The notes under the pieces: generated by a model
What the model was told of the DNA's origin: nothing
The model's database searches: none
Seen by the model: only the letters and a program-made list of their open reading frames with translations
Program-made: the position numbers and the translations under genes
NCBI GenBank assembly: GCA_046331705.1
Contig: JAXLQJ010000012.1
Span: 124,001-172,240 of the forward strand
From: a bacterium
Lineage (GTDB): Bacteria > JADJOY01
Length of the DNA: 48,240 nucleotides
Direction of reading: 5' to 3'
In this document: positions 8,949 to 18,387 of the stretch, in pieces
Position numbering within the stretch: position 1 is the first letter of the stretch
How the letters are laid out: the number at the start of each line of letters is the position of its first letter

Positions 8949-10832
8949 ATGAGCGAGAGGCAGGGAAACGCGCGCGCGCCCGCCGAACGTGCGCTGATGG
9001 CGGAGGTCGAGCGGACGCTGGCCGAGCGCCGAGAGCGGCTCGCGGCGCTCGAGCGCCAGGATGCGCGCTTCGCGAACGTGCGGCTGGCGATCGTGACGGC
9101 CGCGCTCGCGGCGGGGATCGCGGGGCTCGCGCTGCGCCCGGCGTGGATGGCGCTGCTTCCCGTGGCGGTGGTTGCGTTCGTCGTGACGGCGTTTCGTCAT
9201 GCCGATCTGTTGCGCGCGCTGGAGCGCGCGCGTCGCGCCGTGACGTTCCACGAGCGGCGGCGCGCGCTCGTCGTCGGTGAATGGGCGGGTACGGGTGCAT
9301 CGGGCGACCGGTTCCGCGCGGAGCGCCACGACTACGCCGCGGATCTCGATCTCTTCGGCAGCGGCTCGCTCTTCGAGCTGGTGTGCGCGGCGCGCACCTG
9401 GCTTGGCGAGGAGACGTGTGCGCGCTGGCTGCTTGCGCCCGCCCAGCCTGCGACGATTCACGAGCGCCAGGCGGCCGCCCGTGAGCTGGTGACCCGCCTC
9501 GAGGTCCGCGAAGCCCTGTGGGTCGCCGCCTCGCCCGAGGTTCGCGATCTCGATCCCGCGGCGCTCGTGCGCTGGGCGGCGGCGCCGCCGCGAATCGCGA
9601 ACCCGAGGCGGTTGCGCGCGGCGGCGCTCGCCATCTCCGCGTGCACGATCCTGGCGCTGGCGCTGCGCTTCTCCGGACATCCATGGGGACCCTTCCTGTT
9701 GGCCCCGGCGGCGCTCATCCACGTGGCCTTCTTGCTACGAACCCAGCGCGCGGCGCAGCAGATCACCGAGGCGATCGATCGCGTGGAGCCCGCGTTGGCG
9801 GCGGCGCACGAATCGCTTTCCGTCATCGAGCGCGACGACTTCACGTCGGACGGGCTGCGCGCTGCGAGGCGGAGGCTCGAGCCGCGGGCCACAGCGGCGC
9901 ACGGCGCGTCGGAAAGCGTTCGGCGCCTGCACCGGATCGCCGACTGGATCGACAACCTCCACGATTTCTATCTCGCGGCGTTCGTGGCGCCGGTGGTCTT
10001 CTGGCGACTGCACTCAGCGCTCGCGCTCGAGGAATGGCGCGCGGCGAACGGCGGATGCCTGGGCGACTGGCTGGCCACGCTCGGCGAGGTCGAGACGTTG
10101 GCCGGGTTCGCGGCCGTGGCGGAGTCGCACCCGAGCTGGGCGTGGCCCGAGGTGCACGCGCGGGACGCCGACTCGCGCGTGCCGCCGCGGATCGAGGCGC
10201 GCGATCTCGGCCACCCGTTGCTCGCGCCCGCGCGGCGCGTCGCCAACGATCTCGAGCTCGGTCCGCCGCCGAGCCGGCAGCTCTGGATGGTGAGCGGCTC
10301 CAACATGTCGGGGAAGAGCACCTGGCTGCGCTCGATCGGCAGCGCCACCGTGATGGCGCTCGCGGGGGCGCCGGTGTGCGCGCGCTCGATGCGTCTCGAG
10401 CGGGTGAAGGTCGTCACCTCGCTCCGGGTGGTCGACTCGCTGAGCGAGGGCGCGTCGCATTTCCTGGCCGAGGTGAAGCGGCTCAAGCGCGCCCTCGATC
10501 TCGCCGAGCAGGACGCGGCGACGCTCTTCCTCTTCGACGAGATCTTGCACGGCACCAACTCGCGCGAGCGCACCGTCGGTGCCCGCGCGCTGGTGGACCG
10601 GCTGGTCGGGTGCGGCGCCGTCGGGCTGGTGACCACCCACGACCTGGCGCTCGTGACCCTCGCCGACGAGCTCGGCGAGCGCGCCGCCAACGTCCACTTC
10701 GCCGATCAGGTCGAGGACGGCCGGATGCTCTTCGACTATCGACTGCGCGCCGGCGTGCTGACGTCCACCAACGCGCTCGCGGTCATGCGATCCGTGGGGA
10801 TCGCGCTCGACTTCCAGGAGACGCCCACATGA
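8949..10832 (+). CDS. Membrane-associated MutS domain V ATPase (non-canonical MutS homolog)
   Basis: GHPLL..VAND, Walker A GSNMSGKSTWLR, DSLSEGASHFLAEV, Walker B LFDEILHGTN, VTTHD, FDYRL. N-terminal hydrophobic segments and YAADLDLFG.GSLF motif. No mismatch-binding domain I. Confidence 0.88.
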   Translation: MSERQGNARAPAERALMAEVERTLAERRERLAALERQDARFANVRLAIVTAALAAGIAGLALRPAWMALLPVAVVAFVVTAFRHADLLRALERARRAVTFHERRRALVVGEWAGTGASGDRFRAERHDYAADLDLFGSGSLFELVCAARTWLGEETCARWLLAPAQPATIHERQAAARELVTRLEVREALWVAASPEVRDLDPAALVRWAAAPPRIANPRRLRAAALAISACTILALALRFSGHPWGPFLLAPAALIHVAFLLRTQRAAQQITEAIDRVEPALAAAHESLSVIERDDFTSDGLRAARRRLEPRATAAHGASESVRRLHRIADWIDNLHDFYLAAFVAPVVFWRLHSALALEEWRAANGGCLGDWLATLGEVETLAGFAAVAESHPSWAWPEVHARDADSRVPPRIEARDLGHPLLAPARRVANDLELGPPPSRQLWMVSGSNMSGKSTWLRSIGSATVMALAGAPVCARSMRLERVKVVTSLRVVDSLSEGASHFLAEVKRLKRALDLAEQDAATLFLFDEILHGTNSRERTVGARALVDRLVGCGAVGLVTTHDLALVTLADELGERAANVHFADQVEDGRMLFDYRLRAGVLTSTNALAVMRSVGIALDFQETPT

Positions 10833-11266
10833 AGCCCGAGGACTTCGCCGCCATCGATCCCGCCCTCGAAGCCGAGATCAAGGACCGGATCCACCAGTAC
10901 GCGCCGTACCCGCGGCTGTTGGGGCTGCGGATGGAAGAGGTGCGTAGGGACTACGCGCGCATGCGCTTGCCCTACCGTCCGGATCTCAACCAGCCCGCGG
11001 GGATGGTCCACGGCGGCGCCATCGCCTCGCTCATCGACACCGTGGTGGTGGGGACGATCTTCTCGAACGTCACCCAGATCCCGCGAAAGCTCCTCACCAT
11101 CGACATGCACGTCCACTACCTGGATGCGGCGGTCGAGGAGGACGTGATCGCGGAAGGGCTGATGCGGCGACGCGGTCGCAGCATCGTGTTCCTTCAGGCC
11201 GAGGTGCGCACGGCGAGCGGCAAGGACGTCGCCCACGGCGAGCTGAGCTACAAGCTGGCCTTCTGA
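10829..11266 (+). CDS. PaaI-family hotdog-fold thioesterase
   Basis: LNQPAGMVHGGAIASLIDT motif; ATGA overlap with the MutS-like gene. Confidence 0.9.
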   Translation: MKPEDFAAIDPALEAEIKDRIHQYAPYPRLLGLRMEEVRRDYARMRLPYRPDLNQPAGMVHGGAIASLIDTVVVGTIFSNVTQIPRKLLTIDMHVHYLDAAVEEDVIAEGLMRRRGRSIVFLQAEVRTASGKDVAHGELSYKLAF

Positions 11267-12399
11267 CGACGGCGCCACCAGGCGAGCATCCCCTCGAGGA
11301 TGTGGCGTGACGAGCGCCCGTCGCCGAAGGGGTTGGGCACCCGGGCCATCGCGTCGTAGGCCGCGGGATCGCTGAGAAGCTCGAGCGCCGCCGGGACGAT
11401 GCGCGCGGGATCGGTTCCCACCAGTCGCGCGGCACCGACCTCCACGCATTCGGGGCGCTCGGTCTCGTCGCGCAAGATCAGCACCGGCTTGTCGAGCGAC
11501 GGCGCCTCCTCCTGAATGCCGCCCGAGTCGCTGATGATGAGCGTCGCGCGCTTCATGGCGGCGACGAACGGCCGGTATTCGAGCGGCTCGACGAGGCGCA
11601 CCCGATCGAGCTGGCCGAGCATCGGCATGACCACCGAGCGCACGTTGTTGTTGAGGTGGACGGGGTAGAGGATCGTGACGTCGTCGCGGCGCTTCACGAT
11701 CTCGGCGAGCGCCAAGCAGATCCGCTGGAATGGCTCGCCGAAGCTCTCGCGGCGGTGCGCCGTGACGAGGATCAGTCGCTGCGCGGGATCGAGGTCGGGA
11801 AGCGGGAAGAGTGCATCGATGCCGGGGGCGTGAGCGGTGTGGAGGATCGCGTCCACGGCGGTGTTGCCCGTGACCACGATCCGGTCCTCGGCGACGCCCT
11901 CGCGCAGCAGGTTGCGCTTCGAACCCTCGGTGGGCGGGAAGTGAATGGCCGTGAGCTGACCCACCACCACGCGATTCATCTCTTCCGGGAACGGGCGGTC
12001 CATGTCCCACGTGCGCAAGCCCGCTTCCACGTGGGCGACGGGAACGCGGGCGTAGAACGCGGCGAGCGCCGTGCCGAGACAGGTGGTGGTGTCTCCCTGG
12101 ATCATCACCGCGTCGAGCGGCAGCGCGGCGAGCAACGCCGTCATCCGCTCCAGCACGCGCGTCGTGACCTGGGTGAGCGTCTGGTTGGGCAGCATCACGT
12201 CGAGGTCGTGATCCGGTGCCACGCCGAAGCCAGACAGAATCGGGTCCAGCATCTGACGATGCTGCGCCGTCGAGATGACGATCGGCTCGATCGTCGCGGC
12301 GAAATGCTCGCGCGCTTCCAGGATCACCGGCGCGAGCTTGATGGCCTCGGGACGGGTGCCGATCACGACACCCAGACGAAGTCGACGCGTCTCGTTCAT
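11248..12399 (-). CDS. wecB: UDP-N-acetylglucosamine 2-epimerase (non-hydrolysing)
   Basis: GTRPEAIKLAP, QGDTTT, HVEAGLRT, FPEE.NR, TAHRRE, SDSGGIQEEAP, NPFGDG. Start may be 12414. Confidence 0.95.
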   Translation of the reverse strand: MNETRRLRLGVVIGTRPEAIKLAPVILEAREHFAATIEPIVISTAQHRQMLDPILSGFGVAPDHDLDVMLPNQTLTQVTTRVLERMTALLAALPLDAVMIQGDTTTCLGTALAAFYARVPVAHVEAGLRTWDMDRPFPEEMNRVVVGQLTAIHFPPTEGSKRNLLREGVAEDRIVVTGNTAVDAILHTAHAPGIDALFPLPDLDPAQRLILVTAHRRESFGEPFQRICLALAEIVKRRDDVTILYPVHLNNNVRSVVMPMLGQLDRVRLVEPLEYRPFVAAMKRATLIISDSGGIQEEAPSLDKPVLILRDETERPECVEVGAARLVGTDPARIVPAALELLSDPAAYDAMARVPNPFGDGRSSRHILEGMLAWWRRRQKASL

Positions 12400-12526
12400 G
12401 GGGTGCGCGAGCATATGCGTCCGATCGCGATTGCGGGTAGGTGGTGAGCGAAGTCGAGTCCTATGATCGCGATCGATCGTCTCGCGCGGGTTCGCCGTAG
12501 CGTGACCGATCCGAGAAGCCGGAGCC

Positions 12527-13198
12527 ATGACGCGTTCACGAGAACACGAGGAAGTATTGGCCGAGCTCGCCGAGCGGCTGAGCGTCGCGCACCTGCACTA
12601 TCGCGAGCGCAAGCAACGAGCCGAGTCGATGGCGGTTCGATGGGAATGGTTCACGGAATCGCAGGTGGAGATCGAGCCGTTCGGGAAGCTCAGGCGTGGA
12701 TCGAAACTGGGGCGGCGCGTCAGGAATCCCCGAAAACCCGACGGAAAGGTTCACGTCGGTGTGGACGGCGCGGGTCAGATCTGGTGCGAGCGCTTGTATC
12801 AAGCGCTCGGCTGGCATTTCGAATCGTTCGTATTCCCCGGGATCGATGTCGTCGAACAGTGGCTCTACAGCTACAACTCGACCCGCGCGGTTCGGGTGGA
12901 TGTGCCGTACGCGCCCCTGCCGGACCGTGCGGCGTGTTGGGTCAAACGTCACGACAGCTCTCATGGCGTCCCGCGCTGGACCGCCGAGGTCGCATTCGAT
13001 TCCCTGCGTTGGGAGGAGTACCTGCATCGAAACGGGCGACTCGAGGAAATCGTCGGGTGGTCCCGCGTTCGCGCCGGCGGTCTCGCAGGAGTCGAGCACG
13101 ATACGCGCGCCGTGATCCAGTACGACGAGCTCGGCGTGTTTCGGATCGAGAACCATTTCGACGGCGAGTACTGCGGCGAGTGGTGCCGGCCAATCTGA
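12527..13198 (+). CDS. Hypothetical protein (223 aa)
   Basis: Fills the gap between wecB and the M23 gene. Protein-like aromatic/charged composition, unlike Arg/Ala shadow ORFs. No family recognised. Confidence 0.6.
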   Translation: MTRSREHEEVLAELAERLSVAHLHYRERKQRAESMAVRWEWFTESQVEIEPFGKLRRGSKLGRRVRNPRKPDGKVHVGVDGAGQIWCERLYQALGWHFESFVFPGIDVVEQWLYSYNSTRAVRVDVPYAPLPDRAACWVKRHDSSHGVPRWTAEVAFDSLRWEEYLHRNGRLEEIVGWSRVRAGGLAGVEHDTRAVIQYDELGVFRIENHFDGEYCGEWCRPI

Positions 13199-13327
13199 CG
13201 GCGCGCTGAGCGGTCGTTTGGGTGAGACCGTCGTGCGCGACGGCGATCACCGGCGTTCGCCGTCGCCTTGCTTCGATCGGCTGAGTCCCGGTCGTGAGGA
13301 AGCGGCAGCCAGTCGCAAGCGACGCGT

Positions 13328-14011
13328 CTACGGCGTTCGGTGTGTGAGCCCAACGAGCGTGGCGCCGTGATCGCGGAGCCAGTCGGAAGGGTCGAGCCAG
13401 CCGTCGAGCGGTCCCGAGCCGGCTTGGATGCCGAGCTTCAAGCGCTCGCGGATCTCGAAGTGCAAGTGCGGGGCGTAGCGACCGCCGCCGGTCCCCACCG
13501 TGCCGAGGACGCGACCGGTCTCGACGCGATCGCGGGCTCGAACGCGCACCTCCTCGAGGTGGCCGTAGAGCGATTCGATCTCCTCGTCCAGCAGCGGAAG
13601 CGTGCGCGCCACGCGATGGCGCACGATCACCACGTTTCCCCACCCCGTGAAGCCGTCGCGGTCGCCGTTCCCGGCGAACACGACCTCGCCGGCGGCGATC
13701 GCGACCACCTCGGCGCCCAGCGCACCTCGCGCAGTCCAGTCCTCGCCGCGGTGGCCGTCGACGCCGAATGGCCGCGTGATCGCGAGCCCCGCCGCGTCGC
13801 CCCCGGCGATCGGCGCCGTCACCCTGGGGTGCGGGAATCTCGGCGTGTCGCTCGCTCTCGTTGCCGTTTCGTTCGCCGCGAGCGGCGCGCAAGCCGCGAG
13901 CGTTACCGCCACGAACGGCACCAGCCAGGCCCGGATGCACCCGTCCGCACCGGCCAACGGTGCTGCATGGCGCCCGATCCGGTCCCCCCGTCGCACCACT
14001 GGTGGCCTCAT
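13328..14011 (-). CDS. M23 family metallo-endopeptidase, putative lipoprotein
   Basis: HRGED (HxxxD), VVAIAAGEV, WGNVVIVRH, SLYGHL, PHLHFE (HxH), lipobox LAAC. Start codon uncertain. Confidence 0.85.
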   Translation of the reverse strand: MRPPVVRRGDRIGRHAAPLAGADGCIRAWLVPFVAVTLAACAPLAANETATRASDTPRFPHPRVTAPIAGGDAAGLAITRPFGVDGHRGEDWTARGALGAEVVAIAAGEVVFAGNGDRDGFTGWGNVVIVRHRVARTLPLLDEEIESLYGHLEEVRVRARDRVETGRVLGTVGTGGGRYAPHLHFEIRERLKLGIQAGSGPLDGWLDPSDWLRDHGATLVGLTHRTP

Positions 14012-14225
14012 TTTCCCAGGAGTTCCGGCATCTTGCGCTTGAGCGTGGGTGGGCGTTGTGGCATTCTCGCGCACGAGTCGAAGCGCTTCGGTTGCCTCGT
14101 CTCGGGGGTTGCGTCGAGAATCGCTTTTCGGTTCGTTGCTTGCACGAATTCGTGGCCCACTCGAGGTTTCGTCACATCCAGCATTCACGCAACGTCGGCA
14201 GCCGAGTGCCGCCGACACGGGGGCG

Positions 14226-15320
14226 ATGATGGGTAGCGCAGCAGCCGCAGCAAAGGCCGGAAGCACGATCGATCGCATTCAGGAGCTGCTTGGTGCCGAT
14301 GGCACCGCGATTCTCGAGTACAAGCCCAAGATCGCGAAGGAGCGCTTGCACCTTCCCGGGCCCGACTTCATCGATCGCGTGTGGACCCAGAGCGACCGCA
14401 CGCCGCAGGTCTTGCGCGCGCTTCAGTCGATCTCGGATCACGGGCGGCTCGCCGGCACGGGTTACGTGTCGATCCTACCGGTGGATCAGGGCATCGAGCA
14501 CAGCGCTGGCGCCAGCTTCGCGCCCAATCCCGACTACTTCGATCCGGGCAAGATCGTCGAGCTCGCGATCGAGGGCGGCTGCAACGCCGTCGCCTCGACG
14601 TTCGGCGTCCTCGGCGCCGTCGCTCGGAAATACGCCCACCGCATCCCCTTCCTGGTGAAGCTCAACCACAACCAGTTCCTGAGCTACCCCAACACCTACG
14701 ACCAGATCACCTTCGGCACCGTCCGCGAGGCTTGGAACATGGGCGCGGTCGCGATCGGCGCCACGATCTATTACGGCTCCGCCGAGTCGAGCCGGCAGAT
14801 CGTCGAGATCTCCCAGATCTTCGAGCAGGCGCACGAGCTGGGCATGGCCACCGTGCTGTGGTGCTACCTGCGCAACAGCGCCTTCAAGAAGGACGACACC
14901 GACTTCCACCTCGCCGCCGACCTCACCGGCCAGGCGAACCACTTGGGCGTGACGATCCAGGCCGACATCGTGAAGCAGAAGCTGCCGGGCACGGCCAAGT
15001 CCGGCTTCGACACCTTCAAGTTCGGGAAGACCCACAAGAAGGTGTACTCGGATCTCCTCAGCGACAACGCCATCGATCTCACCCGCTATCAGGTCGCGAA
15101 CTGCTACATGGGCCGCGTCGGCCTCATCAACTCGGGCGGCGAGTCGAAGGGCGAGAGCGACCTCGCCGAAGCGGTGCGCACCGCGGTCATCAACAAGCGC
15201 GCCGGCGGCATGGGGCTCATCTCGGGCCGCAAGGCGTTCCAGCGTCCGATGGGCGAGGGCGTCGGTCTGCTGAACGCGATCCAGGACGTCTATTTGTGCA
15301 AGGACGTGACGATCGGCTGA
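14226..15320 (+). CDS. fbaB: Class I fructose-bisphosphate aldolase
   Basis: [63 protein letters not shown]. Confidence 0.95.
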   Translation: MMGSAAAAAKAGSTIDRIQELLGADGTAILEYKPKIAKERLHLPGPDFIDRVWTQSDRTPQVLRALQSISDHGRLAGTGYVSILPVDQGIEHSAGASFAPNPDYFDPGKIVELAIEGGCNAVASTFGVLGAVARKYAHRIPFLVKLNHNQFLSYPNTYDQITFGTVREAWNMGAVAIGATIYYGSAESSRQIVEISQIFEQAHELGMATVLWCYLRNSAFKKDDTDFHLAADLTGQANHLGVTIQADIVKQKLPGTAKSGFDTFKFGKTHKKVYSDLLSDNAIDLTRYQVANCYMGRVGLINSGGESKGESDLAEAVRTAVINKRAGGMGLISGRKAFQRPMGEGVGLLNAIQDVYLCKDVTIG

Positions 15321-15356
15321 CGCGGCGCCGCGCGCGGCGCGGCTCCCGAGCGATCG

Positions 15357-15390
15357 GGAAAGAGCCGGCTCCTCCGAGCCGGCTCTTTCC
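15357..15390 (+). terminator. Stem-loop downstream of fbaB (terminator or stability hairpin)
   Basis: Perfect 15-bp stem GGAAAGAGCCGGCTC-ctcc-GAGCCGGCTCTTTCC. No long U-tract follows. Confidence 0.55.
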
Positions 15391-15449
15391 GCTCCCAGCG
15401 CACCGATCGCATCGTTGGTCTCAGCGCTCTTCGAACGTGGAGGTTCGCG

Positions 15450-16205
15450 ATGTCGGAATGGTTCGACGACGATTCGTTCTGGGACACGCTCGCACCGTTT
15501 CTCTTCTCGGTGGGCCGCGACGACGCGCGAACCGAGACCGAGGCCGACGCTCTGCGCGAGCTCCTCGCGCCGACGCCGGGCGCGGCGGTGCTCGACATGC
15601 CGTGCGGGACCGGGCGTCACAGCGCGGCCTGGGCCGCGCGCGGATTCGCCGTGACGGGAGTGGATCGCTCCCCGCGCTACCTCGCGCTGGCGGGTGAGCG
15701 CGCCGCCGCGCGCGGCGTGAGCGTCACCCTCGAGCACGCGGACATGCGCGCGTTTCGGCGCCCCGCGACGTTCGAGCTCGCGCTCAACCTGTTCACCTCG
15801 CTCGGCTACTTCGCCGATCCCGCCGACGACATCCGGGTGCTCCGCAACATCCACGACAGCTTGGTGCCAGGCGGCAGGCTCGTCGTCGAGACGGCCGGCA
15901 AGGAGATCTTCGCGCGGACCTTCCGCCCGCGCACCTGGGATCAGCTGCCCGGCACGGACCAGTTCCTGCTGGAGGAGCACTCGTTCGCGGCCGGCCTGGA
16001 GGCGGTGGAGAACCGCTGGATCTGGATCGGCGGCGCCGAGCGCCGCGAGTTCCGCTTCCGCCTGCGGATCTACTCGGGCGCGGAGCTCGCGGCGGCGCTC
16101 CAAGCGGCGGGCTTCGCTGAGGTGAAGCTCCACGGCGATCTCGGCGGCGCTCCCTACGATCTGGATGCGAAGCGCTTGGTGGCCGTGGCCACCAGGCGGA
16201 GGTGA
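15450..16205 (+). CDS. Class I SAM-dependent methyltransferase
   Basis: [46 protein letters not shown]. Confidence 0.92.
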   Translation: MSEWFDDDSFWDTLAPFLFSVGRDDARTETEADALRELLAPTPGAAVLDMPCGTGRHSAAWAARGFAVTGVDRSPRYLALAGERAAARGVSVTLEHADMRAFRRPATFELALNLFTSLGYFADPADDIRVLRNIHDSLVPGGRLVVETAGKEIFARTFRPRTWDQLPGTDQFLLEEHSFAAGLEAVENRWIWIGGAERREFRFRLRIYSGAELAAALQAAGFAEVKLHGDLGGAPYDLDAKRLVAVATRRR

Positions 16206-16373
16206 CGAGCCGCGCCAGCAACCGATTGCGCGATGGCGAGCGGCGGGCAGCGGGCTTGCACTCGTCGTCTGCGCGCGGCGCCGTGAGAGGGTGCGCCGTG
16301 CGCGCGCTCGGCCGGATGCGTGCCGAAGCGCGGTTGGGGTGCGGTTCCGCGCGCGGCGCGTGGTGAGCGGTCT

Positions 16374-16497
16374 GTCTCAACGCTGAGACGTCGCACCGAA
16401 CGGGTGTCTCGCGCGAGACGCCCGGCCTCGAACGATTGCGAAAAACGTGAGCGATGTTCGCTAGCTGTCGCCTTGCGAGGCTGGCACGCGTCTTCCT
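16374..16497 (+). promoter_or_regulatory. Putative sigma54 promoter with two upstream inverted-repeat enhancer sites
   Basis: CTGGCACGcgtcTTCCT (16481-16497): perfect -24 element, -12 reads CC instead of GC. Inverted repeats GTCTCA-acgc-TGAGAC (16374-16389) and CGGGTGTCTCGCGCGAGACGCCCG (16401-16424). Confidence 0.45.
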
Positions 16498-16545
16498 CTA
16501 GGGATCGCTCGTCCACACGGCGAGCAACCCCCGGAGGAAGCGACG

Positions 16546-16767
16546 ATGACACTCGGATGGTTCGGACGCAGCGAGCGGAAGCAGGCGGAGCGCAAGCAGA
16601 CGGAGCGCGAGCGCTACGTCGCGAAGCTGCACGTGCGGCGAGGCCTCTCGGCGATCCGCGCCCAGGCGCCGTCGGCCCACGCGTTGCCGGTGCTCTTCGC
16701 CGCGTCGCTCGTTCCGGTGCCAGGCGCCGTTGCCGCGACGATGCGCCGCGTGTCCGCCTATGGCTGA
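16546..16767 (+). CDS. Small hypothetical protein (73 aa)
   Basis: Strong GGAGGA RBS before ATG; fits the intergenic gap; promoter-like elements upstream. Confidence 0.55.
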   Translation: MTLGWFGRSERKQAERKQTERERYVAKLHVRRGLSAIRAQAPSAHALPVLFAASLVPVPGAVAATMRRVSAYG

Positions 16768-16786
16768 CGTCGCCGCGGCCGCGCGC

Positions 16787-18166
16787 TCAGGCGCGGGCGC
16801 CGCTCGCCACCCGAATCATCGCCGCGAGGCTCTTCTCGACGTCGTCGTCGGTCGTCGCCCACGAGCTCACGCTGATCCGCATCGCGGTGCGTCCCTGCCA
16901 GACGGTGACCCCCGCCCAACACGTCCCCTCGCGCTGGATCGCCGCGATCACGCGCCGGGTGAGGTCGTCGTCGCCGAACGCGACCAGCACCTGATTGAGC
17001 GCCACCTCGTTCAGGATCTCGAATCCGGCCGCGCGCAAGCCCTCGGCGAAGCGTCGCGCGTGCCGTGAGCAGCGTTCGATCAGCTCCGCGACGCCCGAGC
17101 GCCCCAGCGTCCGCAGCACCGCCCACACGTCCACCCCGCGCGCCCGGCGCGAGAACTCCGGCGTGTAGTCGGAGGGATTTCGGTTGGGCGTCTCGGTGGG
17201 CAGATACGCGGCGCTGACCGCCAGCGCGGCGCGCAGCGCGTGGGGATCGCGCACGAACGCGACGCCGCTGTCGTAGGGCACGTTGAGCCATTTGTGAGCG
17301 TCCGTCGCCCACGAGTCCGCGTTGCCGACGTCGCGCACCTGGCTCGCCAGCGAGGGGGCGGCCGCCGCCCACAGGCCGAAGGCGCCGTCGACGTGGACCC
17401 ATGCCCCCGCGGGTCGCACGGCGGCGCAGATCTCGGCGATCGGATCGCAAGCGCCGGTGTTCACGTTGCCCGCCTGCGTGCAGACGATCGTCGGCCCCGC
17501 GATCGCCGGGAGGGCCTCGATCCGCATGCGTCCCTGGCCGTCGACGGGCACCGGTACCACCCGCCGCCGCCCCAGCCCGAGCATCCCGAGGCCCTTGAGC
17601 ACCGAGGGATGGACCTCCGCGCTCACCAGCACGGAGATCGGTGGCGCTCCGAAGAGCCCGTCGCCCTCGACGTCCCAGCCCGCGCGCTCGAGCACGGTGT
17701 GGCGCGCTGCCGCGAGCGCGGTGAAGTTCGCGAGGGTGGCGCCGGTCACGAAGCCGCCGCCGGTTCCCGGCGGCAATCCAAGCAGCTCGACCAGCCAACC
17801 CAGCGCCACCTCTTCGAGACGAGCGGTCGCCGGAGTGACCTCGGCGAGCCCGGTGTTCTGGTCCCATGCCGTCGCGAGCCAGCTCGACGCGACCGATACC
17901 GGATAGCTCCCGCCGATGACGAAGCCGAAGAAGCGTCCGCCCGCCATCCCCATGGTCGCTGGCGATCCGAGCTGGTCGAGGAGCGCGAGCGTGGCGGCGG
18001 CCTCGCTCGGACCCTCGGGCAACGCCTCGCGCAGTCGATCCAGCGCGGCGACTGCGTCGGCGCTGGGTGCGACCGCGCGCGCGTCGAGCTTCGCGAGATA
18101 GGCCGTCGCCCGCAGCGCGGCGTCGTGGAGCAGCGCGAGAACGTCGGGGTCACGATACGCGTCCAT
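16787..18166 (-). CDS. Group II PLP-dependent decarboxylase (aromatic amino acid/glutamate decarboxylase-like)
   Basis: RFFGFVIGG, GFVTGAT.AN, HPSV.K, WVHVDGAFG, DSWATDAHKWLNVPYDSG (PLP lysine). GGAGGAG RBS. Confidence 0.92.
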   Translation of the reverse strand: MDAYRDPDVLALLHDAALRATAYLAKLDARAVAPSADAVAALDRLREALPEGPSEAAATLALLDQLGSPATMGMAGGRFFGFVIGGSYPVSVASSWLATAWDQNTGLAEVTPATARLEEVALGWLVELLGLPPGTGGGFVTGATLANFTALAAARHTVLERAGWDVEGDGLFGAPPISVLVSAEVHPSVLKGLGMLGLGRRRVVPVPVDGQGRMRIEALPAIAGPTIVCTQAGNVNTGACDPIAEICAAVRPAGAWVHVDGAFGLWAAAAPSLASQVRDVGNADSWATDAHKWLNVPYDSGVAFVRDPHALRAALAVSAAYLPTETPNRNPSDYTPEFSRRARGVDVWAVLRTLGRSGVAELIERCSRHARRFAEGLRAAGFEILNEVALNQVLVAFGDDDLTRRVIAAIQREGTCWAGVTVWQGRTAMRISVSSWATTDDDVEKSLAAMIRVASGARA

Positions 18167-18387
18167 GGTCGGGCTCCTCCGCTGCCGCGCGACGCTCCGC
18201 GCCGAGGAGCGATTCGGTTGGCGGCTGGCGCCGCTCCAGGCGGCGATCGATGGCGCGACAACATATCGTTCCGCGCTCTGCGCGTGCCCGCCGACGATTC
18301 GTGACCGCCCGCGACCCGCGGATGGGCTCGTCCCGCGCGCTTCTGGGGCGGTCATCGGGGCGATACCTTGCGGGCGGCGAGGGCACC

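Noticed and set aside
14143..14154. Palindrome CACGAATTCGTG between the M23 gene and fbaB as an operator
   Set aside because: A single 12-bp palindrome with no second copy or adjacent regulator; could arise by chance.
18167..18387. Moco/Wco riboswitch upstream of the molybdoenzyme
   Set aside because: Only generic GC hairpins are visible and I could not identify the conserved riboswitch motifs. An Rfam scan would be needed.
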